From Parachlamydiales bacterium (lineage in GTDB: Bacteria; Chlamydiota; Chlamydiia; Chlamydiales; Rhabdochlamydiaceae), in NCBI GenBank assembly GCA_963705295.1, contig OY970065.1, positions 480,001-544,000 of the forward strand: DNA of 64,000 nucleotides, given 5' to 3'. Positions within the stretch are counted from its first letter, which is position 1. Each line of letters opens with the position of its first letter. The notes under the pieces are model-generated. The model was not told the DNA's origin. It ran no database searches and saw only the letters and a program-made list of their open reading frames with translations. The position numbers and the translations under genes are program-made. This document shows positions 27,587-37,873 of the stretch, piece by piece.

Positions 27587-29014
27587 ATGGCAGCAAAAGT
27601 GAATCAAGATTACGGTCATGAAAGTTCCTTTCAAGGGTCTTTGGACGATCGGTATCAGCAGCTAACGAAACATCCTTCCGGCAGTGTGAAGGAGCTGGGT
27701 TCGATCGTTTGGCCGTTGGTGTTGTCGCTTCTCTCGACAAGTCTGATGGGGTTTTGTAACCGACTTTTTCTATCTCATTATTCGATAGAAGCCCTTGAGG
27801 CATCGGTCAGCGCAATGAACTTGGCACTTCTGTTTCAAATTCCGTGCATGAGAATCACCTCCATTGCGCAGGTTTTAGTGGCTCGTCTTTCTGGGGCACA
27901 ACAATTTAATAAAATTGGCAGTGTTATTTGGCAGATGATCTGGTTTTCCCTGATCACGATGGTTGCAACGGTTCCACTCGGTCTGGTTACTGGTCATTTC
28001 TTCTTCCGAAATACCGTTATAGAGGCAGCCGGGAGTCTTTATTTTGCCTCGCTGATGTTTGGTAATTTCTTATTTCCACTGGGTGCAGCATTGGCCTCTT
28101 TTTTTACCGGAATCGGTAATACGCGCATGATCATTGCCATGACGCTGATGGCCCATGTTTTGCATGTAACCCTCGATTATTTCCTCATTTTTGGAATTCC
28201 TGGATTTTTAGACCCACAAGGAGCTTTTGGTGCTGCTGTAGCAACGATTGTGGCCGAAGGATTTTATTGTTTGCTTCTTTTCGTGCTCTTCTTAAGAAAG
28301 AGAGAGCAAAAATTTTATGGCACTTCCGCGTGGCCTCTGCAGTTTTCTGTTTTGAAAGAAGGGATCGTGCTCGGTCTTCCTAGAGCGATCTCGAAGTTGC
28401 TCATTTTAGCGGCTTGGGCAGCATCTGTAGCCATTTTGACCTACAAGGGAGGAGATTACCTCCTTTCGTTTTCGCTAGGAGCAAGTATTTTTACCTTATT
28501 TTCCTGTTTTAACGAGGGTATTGGTCAAGGTCTGATGACGGTGGTCTCTTTTTATTTGACAGCAGAGAAAAAGCAATCTCTTTTTACGATTCTACGCTCG
28601 GCGGTGATTTTATTGATCGGTGGACTGGCTCTCCTTGCAGGGTTCTTGATCATCTTCCCTGATCTGATCGTTAAGACGTTTTTTGCAAATCAACTTTCTA
28701 CCGATCAAGCACAAATTCTGCTTGCATCGTGTTACGGCCTCTGGTTCTTTTTTCTTTCCGAGGGAGTCTCTTGGATTGGGTATAGCATTCTCAATGCTTA
28801 CAAAGACACCAAGTTCATCATGATTTATACGACTTGCACGGTCTTTGTCTTCAATTACCTTCCTCTCTATTTAGCGTTTCATGTGGGGAATTGGCCTGCT
28901 GAAAGAATTTGGTGGCTTATGGGGATTCCGTGTTTAGCATCTGCGCTGGCCTATATCTTTCGGATCCGGCATAAATTTTCTGGCTTTGAGAAATTCATGG
29001 AGAGATCTTTATGA
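27587..29014 (+). CDS. MATE family transporter
   Basis: LHVTLDYFLIFG...PQGAFGAAVAT; shares IWQ.IWFS with the first MATE; GGAGGG RBS before ATG 27587. Confidence 0.9.
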   Translation: MAAKVNQDYGHESSFQGSLDDRYQQLTKHPSGSVKELGSIVWPLVLSLLSTSLMGFCNRLFLSHYSIEALEASVSAMNLALLFQIPCMRITSIAQVLVARLSGAQQFNKIGSVIWQMIWFSLITMVATVPLGLVTGHFFFRNTVIEAAGSLYFASLMFGNFLFPLGAALASFFTGIGNTRMIIAMTLMAHVLHVTLDYFLIFGIPGFLDPQGAFGAAVATIVAEGFYCLLLFVLFLRKREQKFYGTSAWPLQFSVLKEGIVLGLPRAISKLLILAAWAASVAILTYKGGDYLLSFSLGASIFTLFSCFNEGIGQGLMTVVSFYLTAEKKQSLFTILRSAVILLIGGLALLAGFLIIFPDLIVKTFFANQLSTDQAQILLASCYGLWFFFLSEGVSWIGYSILNAYKDTKFIMIYTTCTVFVFNYLPLYLAFHVGNWPAERIWWLMGIPCLASALAYIFRIRHKFSGFEKFMERSL

Positions 29015-32000
29015 ATCTATCCACCTCCCATCTCCACTGGCTTGAATCTTTTAAATCTCATTTGGTTCCTTTAACGGAAGAAAGTCGTGAGAAAATCGCT
29101 GAGACGTTATTCAAAATTCCGACACCTCAGCAACAATTTGAAGATCAAGATGATTTTTTAAACTGGATCGGTGAATCGATTCCTTGCATGCAATGGACGA
29201 TCCAAGAAACCTATCCGAGTTCTCTGTCCATTTATTTTCTTTTCAAGCCTTCCAAAGATATTTCGCTGGACGAATTCCTTTTAGATTATCTTCGAAAATG
29301 GATTTTGCCTGATAAGCACCTCCGTCTATTTTCTTTTTGTAGCCATCCTTTTAGGTTGAATGGGCAAGGCGAGTTTACTGTCTTAGAAGCCCACTTTTTC
29401 GTCCATGAACAATCGACAGCAAAACTGCTTCAGGATACCCTTCCCTCCCTGCAAAAGGAGATAACTTTTCTTTTGAATTTTCCCTCTTTTTGCAAAGATT
29501 TCCTCGAGCTGAAGATCGTGACGTATCCCGATCGTCCGGTACTCCTGCTCAATAAACTGACGGAGATTTCAAAAAAACATCACAAAAAACTCGAATCCGA
29601 CCTATTTTCAGAAATGGGCCGCTTCTTGGTCCTTTCGTCGGCCGAATTTAAAAAGAGAAGATCTTCCCACACAGTGCTTCGGATCATTTTTTCACACGAT
29701 TTATTGAAGAAGAAAATTCTCAAAGAGGTGAGGCTTTTTCCAGAGAAAAGACAACTTTCTGTCCGGCTTCTTTCCTCTGAGCTGATGTTCCCTTTCGGAA
29801 ATAAAACCGTCTTAGGACTTGCGATTGTTCTCCATCTTCCCGACCCTTACGAGTATTTTGATGAGCAACATATCCTTCTAGCGATTCAACAACTCTCATC
29901 GTTGATGCAAATTGTGCAGGGATCGTTTTACGCCTCCCAAACATCGCACGATACGGTTCGATCACTCTATGTTGAGATCGAAAAAAGAGATGGGACCGAT
30001 TTCACCCTTCAAGAACGAAAATTAATTCAAGCACATCTAGAAGAAAAACTCAAAGAGAGAATCGAGAAATTATCCCCTTCCATTTTTATGATGGGAAATG
30101 CTGAAGAGGTGATGAAAAACATTTTCATGTTAAGCGGCGAGCTCAATTCTCCGTTTGATATCCCTCAGGTCATCATATCGCTCGAGAAACAGACAACAAC
30201 CGATCTCTATTTCACGATCGTCCTTGTTCGCTCGCGAAAACCGTCCGACCCTTCTTTGCAACACTATTTTGCGAACATCGAAGATGATATCACCTTTTTA
30301 CCGGAGAAAGAACAAGTTGTCGGTTATTTGCCCATGGACCGAGTCAAGGAGGCGTGTGTTTTCCAATTAAAAATTCCACGCTTTCCATTTACCCGGTGCG
30401 ACTCTTCCACAAATTTTTATCTTGCCCGAAAAAAAATTCTCACTCTTCTCACCCAAGTTCTCGGCGAGGTTCGGGATTACAATGGAGGGATGCTCCTAAA
30501 ACAGGGAGAAGTTCTCTCACAACTGAAGATCAACCTCCCGTTTGTTTCTGCCGAACTCCTTGAAAATCTTTTCTATTCGATCACACCGATCGAAATGCAG
30601 GCGATTTTACCGTTTCCTGTGCTCCAAGATTTTTTAACAGCCGCCTTAGAAATGACCCAAAAAGAGTTGCCAAAACGAGAAAGTTATGGTTGCTCGATGC
30701 AGCAAAAAGAAGGGTATTCGTTTGCGATTTTGCGTGCGAACGACTTTTCTCTCAAGGGATGTATTGAGGAGGCACTGAGAAAAAATACAGCCGTTGTTTC
30801 ATTTTCCATCTCGTATCAAGAGAGCCTTTTGATCGGCTATCTTTACACGTCTCATGACTTGCAAAATCAAATGAGCTTTTGCACGGCTATTCGAGAAGGA
30901 ATCGAAGAATGGAATAAGAAAATCAAAAAGCTCAGAGTTCTACGTCTCCATTTCAACGATTGGTCTTACTCGTTGGATCCAAGAATGGGAGGCGACACCG
31001 TTTCTTCCATTATTTTGAAAGGTCTCTTTGAAGGGCTGACAAGGCGCGGGAAAGATGGGACTCTCGCTTTGGCCGCTGCTGAAAGAGTTGAAGTCTCCGA
31101 TGATCTCAAGCATTACACGTTCCATTTGAGAAAATCGTTTTGGTCGAATGGCGATCCCGTTTTAGCTCACGATTTTGAATATGCGTGGAAAAAGATTCTT
31201 TCTCCTCATTTTAATACTTCTTTCGCTTACCATTTCTATCCGATCAAAAATGCAGCAGCCGTCAAAAAAGGGCAATTGCCCATCGATCAACTTGGAATCA
31301 GTTGTCTCAATGAGGCAACGCTTCGCGTAGAACTCGAAGAACCGTGCTCGTATTTCTTAGAGCTCTTATCCCATGCTATTTTTTCACCCGTCAATCACCG
31401 TGTCGATCAAAAACATCCCAATTGGTTCACAAGAGAGGGAGAAGCGTATATCTGCAATGGACCGTTTTATCTTTTAAAATCCCATCCGCATTGGGGTCGG
31501 TACGAGCTGGCGAAAAATCCCCGCTACTGGGATGCAGGAGAAGTCGAGCTCGATAAAATCATTCTTCTCAAAGCCGATATTCCGACCGCTCTAGAAATGT
31601 ATAAACGAGATGAGATTGATTGGATTGGAAGACCAGCAAGCCCTTGGGATGGATCGTATTCGTCGTCGTGCAATGAAACCGTCCACATCTCGAGCACCTA
31701 CACCGTCTATTGGTACGTTTTCAATGTGCAACGATATCCGTTCCATAATAAAAACCTTCGAAAAGCCATTCACCACTTGATCGACCGAAAAGAACTCCTC
31801 GATACATACGGAGGCATCGGAACACCTGCCGTGACACCTCTCCCCATCTCTCATACCCAGCACAGTCACCTTCCCATTCCCAAAAGTTCCCCCGAGCTGG
31901 CTCTCGCCTATTTTGAAAAAGCTTTGGAAGAACTCCATCTTCAGCGCGAACAATTTCCCCCCATCGGCCTCATGTGTCCGACAGGTGGCACTCGGTACCA

Positions 32001-32430
32001 AATGGCTCAAGCGATCAAAAAGAAAATCGAAGAAACCCTCCAGATCCCGTGTTATATCGAAACGTATCCATGGGGAGTCCTCTTCGAAAAGATGACCCAA
32101 GGAGAGCACCATATCGGAGCCATGGGATGGACAGCTCTTGTCGACGATCCACTTTACACCTTAAACGCGTTCAAACACGTCCACGAGAGAATTAACTTTT
32201 CTAAATGGGAACATCCTCGTTACAAAGAACTCCTTGATAGCGCCAATCGGGAGCTCGACCCCCAAAAACGTCGCCATATCATCGGAGAGAGCGAAGCTCT
32301 TCTCATCGAAGAAGTTCCCCTGATGCCTTTCTATTACGAGATGCAACAATACGCCAAGAAGAGTCATGTTAAACTCCCAGCAAACTGGGAAGTCAAAGAC
32401 ATCGACTTCAAATGGATCTCAATGGTCTAA
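29011..32430 (+). CDS. Giant fusion protein: about 640-aa unassigned N-terminal region plus OppA-type domain, no signal peptide; paralog of 7735-10677
   Basis: SBP5 motifs from about aa 643 (SLDPR, LFEGL, WSNG, CNGPF, KNPRYW). Start overlaps the MATE stop region. Confidence 0.85.
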   Translation: MNLSTSHLHWLESFKSHLVPLTEESREKIAETLFKIPTPQQQFEDQDDFLNWIGESIPCMQWTIQETYPSSLSIYFLFKPSKDISLDEFLLDYLRKWILPDKHLRLFSFCSHPFRLNGQGEFTVLEAHFFVHEQSTAKLLQDTLPSLQKEITFLLNFPSFCKDFLELKIVTYPDRPVLLLNKLTEISKKHHKKLESDLFSEMGRFLVLSSAEFKKRRSSHTVLRIIFSHDLLKKKILKEVRLFPEKRQLSVRLLSSELMFPFGNKTVLGLAIVLHLPDPYEYFDEQHILLAIQQLSSLMQIVQGSFYASQTSHDTVRSLYVEIEKRDGTDFTLQERKLIQAHLEEKLKERIEKLSPSIFMMGNAEEVMKNIFMLSGELNSPFDIPQVIISLEKQTTTDLYFTIVLVRSRKPSDPSLQHYFANIEDDITFLPEKEQVVGYLPMDRVKEACVFQLKIPRFPFTRCDSSTNFYLARKKILTLLTQVLGEVRDYNGGMLLKQGEVLSQLKINLPFVSAELLENLFYSITPIEMQAILPFPVLQDFLTAALEMTQKELPKRESYGCSMQQKEGYSFAILRANDFSLKGCIEEALRKNTAVVSFSISYQESLLIGYLYTSHDLQNQMSFCTAIREGIEEWNKKIKKLRVLRLHFNDWSYSLDPRMGGDTVSSIILKGLFEGLTRRGKDGTLALAAAERVEVSDDLKHYTFHLRKSFWSNGDPVLAHDFEYAWKKILSPHFNTSFAYHFYPIKNAAAVKKGQLPIDQLGISCLNEATLRVELEEPCSYFLELLSHAIFSPVNHRVDQKHPNWFTREGEAYICNGPFYLLKSHPHWGRYELAKNPRYWDAGEVELDKIILLKADIPTALEMYKRDEIDWIGRPASPWDGSYSSSCNETVHISSTYTVYWYVFNVQRYPFHNKNLRKAIHHLIDRKELLDTYGGIGTPAVTPLPISHTQHSHLPIPKSSPELALAYFEKALEELHLQREQFPPIGLMCPTGGTRYQMAQAIKKKIEETLQIPCYIETYPWGVLFEKMTQGEHHIGAMGWTALVDDPLYTLNAFKHVHERINFSKWEHPRYKELLDSANRELDPQKRRHIIGESEALLIEEVPLMPFYYEMQQYAKKSHVKLPANWEVKDIDFKWISMV

Positions 32431-32431
32431 C

Positions 32432-32580
32432 TATCCTGCTTATCCTGCCGCCCCTATCTTTTCTTCGGGGCGATCGTGCGCATCCTGTCATCCTTTTTCA
32501 TATAATGTGATTTACTACTTAAGAGAACAGGATATGCAGGATCGCCCCCAGTTCCTGGGGTCGGCAGGATAAGCAGGATA
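32432..32580. repeat. REP-like palindromic element (family B)
   Basis: Perfect 19-bp terminal inverted repeat TATCCTGCTTATCCTGCCG (32432-32450 / 32562-32580) with further internal ATCCTG/CAGGAT units, between convergent genes. Confidence 0.82.
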
Positions 32581-32582
32581 AA

Positions 32583-35498
32583 TTATCGTAGGGATTTAGT
32601 TTGAAGCTCTCGCCATTTTTTGATCACCTGGGCAGCGATGGGGCCACCTTCGCGACCTCCTTGTCGGAAACGGAGAAAAACGGCGACAACAAGCTCTGGG
32701 TCGTCGAAAATCTTTCCTGAAGGATAAGAGATGGCTCCAAACCAGATGTTGCCTTTCATAAGTGCAGAATCTTCCCTCGATACCGTTTGTTTATAACGGA
32801 CCTGAGCCGTTCCCGTTTTGGCGATCATGTAAGAGTGCATCTCGTGATAATCGTGAACACAGGATGGGTGATCATAGAAAGGGCGCATGATCGAAGGCCG
32901 GCCTGATCCTCGTGGTCCATTCACAACCTGCCACATCCCTCGTGTTATTTTATTAAAGACCTCAGGGGGAAACGGAATAGTTCTGATCGTCTCCGTGCTT
33001 TTCTTTAACAAATGAGGTCGAACAACCGTCCCTTGATTTGCGATAGCCGAAAGCATCACGGCAGTCTGTAAGGGTGTTACCTCTAAGGTATGTTGTCCGA
33101 TGGCGAAGGAGTATAGTCCTGTCTTGTTTTGATCGAGATCGTTTGGAATATTTCCTTTCGATTCATTAGGAAGATCGACACCTGTTTTCTCACCAAAATT
33201 AAAGGCTTTTGCAGCTAAGGCTAAATGATGGGGTTGTTCTAAGTAATCTCCTGCAAGCAGTGCAAAATAGACGTTGCTCGATTGCTCGAAGGCTCCAATC
33301 AAATCGAGTTTTCCCATTCCTCCGTAAGAGCTGCGCGGGAGAATGCCTCCCTTGTAGAGGCGATGAAGGGTCGTTCCATCAAGAAAATGTCCCACTACTT
33401 GTTTTGCTGGATTAGGTCGACTATCTGCTCGAGAATCATCGATGATGGTTAAAAAATCGAAATCTTTTTGTTTTTGATATCTTTCAAGAAGCACTTGATA
33501 CGCCGTGACTATTTTAAAAACCGAACCTTGCGCGCTCGTTTGCCGAAAAGACTGAGAACGTGAAAATCCATATCCATAGGGGGGATAAAAGGCTGAAGCG
33601 AGATGTTTTTCGGGTTTTGTCAGTTCATCGAAAGACCGAAGGGTTTTTAAATAACCAATGGCGAGCGGCATGGCCAACCCTTCAATCTGCTTGCTTAAAG
33701 AGGTTGTTTCGAGGGTTTTTCCGCGGAGGAATTCTTTCAGATAATCAAAATAAGGTTGGAGATGGTCAGCTGAAACAGGAATCTGTCCCGTGAGTGTTGC
33801 ATAGAGAAAGAGGGGTTTGTAATTATTCCAGAAAGCAGTGAATAATTTTTGTTCAATCCGGTCGAGATAATCGATGTACGGCCTTGCATACCGTTTGTGC
33901 TCTTTTTCCTCTTTCCTCTTCCGTTTGATGTAAGATTTAAAATGAGCTTCCCGCCATGTTGCAAAATCGAGCTCGTGGAACAGATCTTGGATCTCTTCTT
34001 GAATTTGACCGAGCAGCCTCATCGCTTGTTGTTGATGAGTGTAATGGTGATTCAAGGAAATAGATCCCAGAGTTGCAAGGAGATCGGTACTCAGTCTTTC
34101 TTTCGGCGCAATCAAATGGCACAGATTGATAGCGAGAATCTGATCATCTTCGATGAGCGATTGAAGGAGGGGATGCCGAGAGCCGTGCTCTTGAATTTCT
34201 AGAGCCACCTTAATATCGGTGACTTGATCCATCACTTTTTTGACTTTTTCGGAAATGATAATTTGAAGATATTTTTCCCACGAAAGATCAATTTTTTCTT
34301 CCACATATTTTCCCTGAATAAATGAAAAATACTCCTTCTCCAAGGGACGTCTCCCTTCCCAAATCGCGCTGATGTATCCCTCATTTTCGAGCCATTTTCT
34401 CACGCGAGATTCTTTTTCTTTTTTGAGGTCGGGGTCTCTCGTCGGGATAAAATCATTCGGATCAAAGCGGGGATACGATGCGAGAGCCACAATTTCTCCC
34501 GTTTTTGGAATCATCGCTACGACAGCACCACCGCGCATTTCAGCTTCTGGTCCTTCACTCGCAGCGAGTAATTTTTCAGCAAAATCTTGAAGCTCGGATG
34601 AAATTGTAAGTGTCAACTTATCTCCAGCCTTTGCACTTCTTGATCCCGGCAATTCTTGAAGGCAATTCCCTTTGATATCGATTTCAAAAAGATGTTTCCC
34701 GCAAACTCCCCGAAGAGCCTCTTCATAAAAGGCTTCTATTCCTGACTTCCCGATGAGATCGTTCATTGTATACGCTTTTTCTTGCAACTCGGTGAACCTT
34801 GCAGAGACTTCTTCGGGAGAACTAAATCCCTCAGGGAGAAAAGGATTTTCATTTCGACTACGATCGATAATATATTTTTCCAAGGTCCTCAGTTCATGAG
34901 CAATCTTCAAATACTGCTGGGCATCGATTTTCCCCAAGTAACCGAGGACATCGCATCCAACTTTTCCCTGCGGGTAGTACCTTCGGCACGTCCTCTCCGC
35001 CTGCAGTCCCAACCAATCTTTTTCAAGCATTCGCAAACGGTAGTATTGTTCTTCCGATAGATCTTCTTTGATGACGAATGGAGTATGGGGAAGAAGAGCC
35101 GCTTTTCCATGAATGATATCTTCGACCCTCGTCCTGTCAACGCCGAGTTCTTGGCTCAGCATGAGAGCGAGTTCGCCGATATATTTTGACCGTGCAGCAA
35201 TTCTTACCCGCTTACCACTCTCATCTCTCTTCCACTGAGACGTCGGTATCTGCCGAATGTCTGCATACCGCACCGAAGCATTGTATTGAATTTTATTGAC
35301 CGCTAGAGGGATCCCGAATCGATCGTAGATCGTGGCCCGATCGGCCTTTTCAATCGTCACTCGTCTCTGCGGTTTTTTTGCCTGTTCCACATGCACTTCA
35401 TGCTGAACAACCGATAAGTACCAAACTCTCACCAAAATGAGAATCAAACAAAGCGAAATGAAATGGAGAACTCGATTGGTCTTGTCCGAAATCGGCAT
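32583..35498 (-). CDS. mrdA: Penicillin-binding protein 2 (chlamydial type, with large insertions)
   Basis: N-terminal TM, RATIYDRFG, GKSGIE, SVFK (SxxK), SSN, KTGT motifs. Confidence 0.9.
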   Translation of the reverse strand: MPISDKTNRVLHFISLCLILILVRVWYLSVVQHEVHVEQAKKPQRRVTIEKADRATIYDRFGIPLAVNKIQYNASVRYADIRQIPTSQWKRDESGKRVRIAARSKYIGELALMLSQELGVDRTRVEDIIHGKAALLPHTPFVIKEDLSEEQYYRLRMLEKDWLGLQAERTCRRYYPQGKVGCDVLGYLGKIDAQQYLKIAHELRTLEKYIIDRSRNENPFLPEGFSSPEEVSARFTELQEKAYTMNDLIGKSGIEAFYEEALRGVCGKHLFEIDIKGNCLQELPGSRSAKAGDKLTLTISSELQDFAEKLLAASEGPEAEMRGGAVVAMIPKTGEIVALASYPRFDPNDFIPTRDPDLKKEKESRVRKWLENEGYISAIWEGRRPLEKEYFSFIQGKYVEEKIDLSWEKYLQIIISEKVKKVMDQVTDIKVALEIQEHGSRHPLLQSLIEDDQILAINLCHLIAPKERLSTDLLATLGSISLNHHYTHQQQAMRLLGQIQEEIQDLFHELDFATWREAHFKSYIKRKRKEEKEHKRYARPYIDYLDRIEQKLFTAFWNNYKPLFLYATLTGQIPVSADHLQPYFDYLKEFLRGKTLETTSLSKQIEGLAMPLAIGYLKTLRSFDELTKPEKHLASAFYPPYGYGFSRSQSFRQTSAQGSVFKIVTAYQVLLERYQKQKDFDFLTIIDDSRADSRPNPAKQVVGHFLDGTTLHRLYKGGILPRSSYGGMGKLDLIGAFEQSSNVYFALLAGDYLEQPHHLALAAKAFNFGEKTGVDLPNESKGNIPNDLDQNKTGLYSFAIGQHTLEVTPLQTAVMLSAIANQGTVVRPHLLKKSTETIRTIPFPPEVFNKITRGMWQVVNGPRGSGRPSIMRPFYDHPSCVHDYHEMHSYMIAKTGTAQVRYKQTVSREDSALMKGNIWFGAISYPSGKIFDDPELVVAVFLRFRQGGREGGPIAAQVIKKWRELQTKSLR

Positions 35499-35519
35499 CC
35501 CTTCAATATAATAGGAAGC

Positions 35520-36440
35520 ATGCGATATTTCAACCTAGACCCCTCGGTACGAGATAAAAAAAACCTTCTAGAACTATTAAAATGGAAGTTGACCACCACT
35601 CCAGCGCGGTGGCCTAAAAAAGTTGAGAACGATTTTACTCCCGAGATTCGAATGGAGGTTGAAGAGGGAGAAGTTTTTGTCACGTTTGTCAACCATTCGA
35701 CTGTGCTCATCCAATTGCCTGGAATAAATATTTTGACCGATCCGGTTTTTTCTGAAGTTGCGGGTCCCTTTTCCCTGCTCGGTCCAAGACGTGTGAGGTC
35801 AACTGGCATTGCTTTAGAAAAGCTTCCTAAGATCGATGTCATCCTGATTAGCCATAATCACTACGACCATATGGATATTCCGACGCTAAGAAAACTCGAA
35901 CAAAGGGACCATCCTGTCTTTATCGTCCCTCTTCGAAACAGGCAATTTCTTGCACGATTAGAAAATATCATAGAGCTGGATTGGTGGGAGCACCATATCT
36001 TTGCTGACGTTTCGATCGGACTCACTCCTGCCCAACATTGGTCAAGACGTGGTCTCTTAGATCATTGTAAATCTTTATGGGGAGGATTTATGATCTTGGC
36101 GCGGCACCATAAGATTTTTTTCGCTGGCGATACGGGATATAGTAGTCATTTCAAAATGATCCGTGAGAAGTATGGAGCTGTTGATCTGAGCCTGCTTCCG
36201 ATTGGAGCTTATGAACCCCGGTGGTTCTTGCGCGAATTCCATATGGATCCCGAAGAAGCCGTCCAAGCACACCTCGATCTCGACTCAACCTTAAGCCTCG
36301 GAATCCATCACGGCACATTCTGCTTGACCGATGAAGGGATCAACGATCCGATTTTGCATTTAAACAGAAATCTGGCTTCGAGAAATATTCCGGAAACTTC
36401 TTTCATTGCTCTCAAAAATGGACAAACCATTAGAATATAA
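35520..36440 (+). CDS. MBL-fold metallo-hydrolase (NAPE-PLD/RomA-like)
   Basis: TDPVFS, SHNHYDHMD, PAQHWSRR, FAGDTGY, PIGAYEPRW, HHGTF. Confidence 0.9.
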   Translation: MRYFNLDPSVRDKKNLLELLKWKLTTTPARWPKKVENDFTPEIRMEVEEGEVFVTFVNHSTVLIQLPGINILTDPVFSEVAGPFSLLGPRRVRSTGIALEKLPKIDVILISHNHYDHMDIPTLRKLEQRDHPVFIVPLRNRQFLARLENIIELDWWEHHIFADVSIGLTPAQHWSRRGLLDHCKSLWGGFMILARHHKIFFAGDTGYSSHFKMIREKYGAVDLSLLPIGAYEPRWFLREFHMDPEEAVQAHLDLDSTLSLGIHHGTFCLTDEGINDPILHLNRNLASRNIPETSFIALKNGQTIRI

Positions 36441-36494
36441 CCTTCTCATTAAGAAATAGTTAGCTAGCGATTGCACACGAAAATCGAGTAAATT

Positions 36495-37328
36495 ATGTCA
36501 GAAACTTCGAGTTCCTTACTTGGAGTAGGACGGGTACAATCTCCCTATAGTGCTCGGATTCTATCTTTATGGAACGATTTTCGTGATAAGGTTATTTCGC
36601 ATTTTCCACCCTCTCGCAATTTGCATAAAAATCCAGAGGCATATCTTACAGAGCTTCAAGATCTCTATGAAAAAGATGCATACAATTCTCTTTCCATTGA
36701 GGGATATCAAGTCAACGAAGAACTTATTGAGAGGGTGCAGAATAATAAATGGAATCCAGAAGAGCATCCTTCCGATTTATTGGAAAGAAATGCATTGGCA
36801 GCAAGAGGATATTACGAGGCGTTTCTAGATGTGAAAAAAAGCATTCTTTCCATTTTCCAAGGAAATAACCCAGGAGATGTCTTAGAAAAAGACTTGAAAA
36901 GGTGGTATCAACATCTTTTTTTCCCTACGGCAAGGGCTGGAATTATACGGGAGGAAGATCTCCTGGGTTATCGAAAGGGACCTGTTTATATTCGTAATTC
37001 CCGTCATATTCCTCCTCCAAAAGAGGCCTTAATTGACGCCATGGAAACTTTATTTGATTGTTTGAAAAATGAACAACACCCTGCTGTACGTGCTGTGCTC
37101 GGACACTATATATTTGTCTATATTCATCCCTACATGGATGGGAATGGACGTCTCGGGAGATTCGTCATGAATGCCATGTTTGTCCCTGGAGGTTATCCGT
37201 GGACGATTATTCGCGTTGAAAACCGAGCGAAATATCTCAATGCTTTAGAAATTGCTGGAACAGATCGGAATATCGAGCCCTTTGCTCAATTTGTTGCAGA
37301 GGAAATGTTTCCTAACTCTCATCCTTGA
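36495..37328 (+). CDS. Fic-domain protein (possibly N-terminally truncated)
   Basis: Intact Fic motif HPYMDGNGRLGR; SLSIEG motif. Confidence 0.9.
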   Translation: MSETSSSLLGVGRVQSPYSARILSLWNDFRDKVISHFPPSRNLHKNPEAYLTELQDLYEKDAYNSLSIEGYQVNEELIERVQNNKWNPEEHPSDLLERNALAARGYYEAFLDVKKSILSIFQGNNPGDVLEKDLKRWYQHLFFPTARAGIIREEDLLGYRKGPVYIRNSRHIPPPKEALIDAMETLFDCLKNEQHPAVRAVLGHYIFVYIHPYMDGNGRLGRFVMNAMFVPGGYPWTIIRVENRAKYLNALEIAGTDRNIEPFAQFVAEEMFPNSHP

Positions 37329-37794
37329 GACGTTCCTCGAAGATTTTTAGCAGCCTCTGCAATTCGGTACTGCTTTCTTGAAAATCGCGTATACGAACTT
37401 TTTTCTTTTGTCTTTTTTTCATTAGGCCGGATAAAAACTCTTCTACGGTGAGGGCTTTAGCGCCTCGTTGCTTCGCTTTTCGGAGGAGATCTCGGTCGGA
37501 GGAGACGGCGACTTCTTGGGAGGGATTTATTGCATTGCTGATCGCCTCAAGGATATAATCATCCGCGGTCTGATTGTGGGGCGTGTAGATCATTGCCAGA
37601 GAACCGAGATTGCGACGGAGGGCTTCCGGGGGATCTTTTTCTCGCCCATCAAAGACGATGGTGGCTTCGTAGTTATAAAGAACCATCGACCGATTTAAGG
37701 CAGACAGAAGCTGCCTTTCATTTTGCTTCATCATCCGGTAGTTTTTCGTAATCCGAAAAAGAAGATTGTACCCGTCGATCCAGTAGTGCATCAT
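37312..37794 (-). CDS. NYN-domain protein (YacP-like RNase)
   Basis: IDGYNL, IVFDG, TADDYI, VSSDR. Confidence 0.88.
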   Translation of the reverse strand: MMHYWIDGYNLLFRITKNYRMMKQNERQLLSALNRSMVLYNYEATIVFDGREKDPPEALRRNLGSLAMIYTPHNQTADDYILEAISNAINPSQEVAVSSDRDLLRKAKQRGAKALTVEEFLSGLMKKRQKKKVRIRDFQESSTELQRLLKIFEERLKDES

Positions 37795-37873
37795 TCTATT
37801 AATACTTTTTTTTACAAAAGAAGTACATCATGAAGATCCCCCTTGGAAAAAAGGGGCGGGTAGGGTAAATTTA

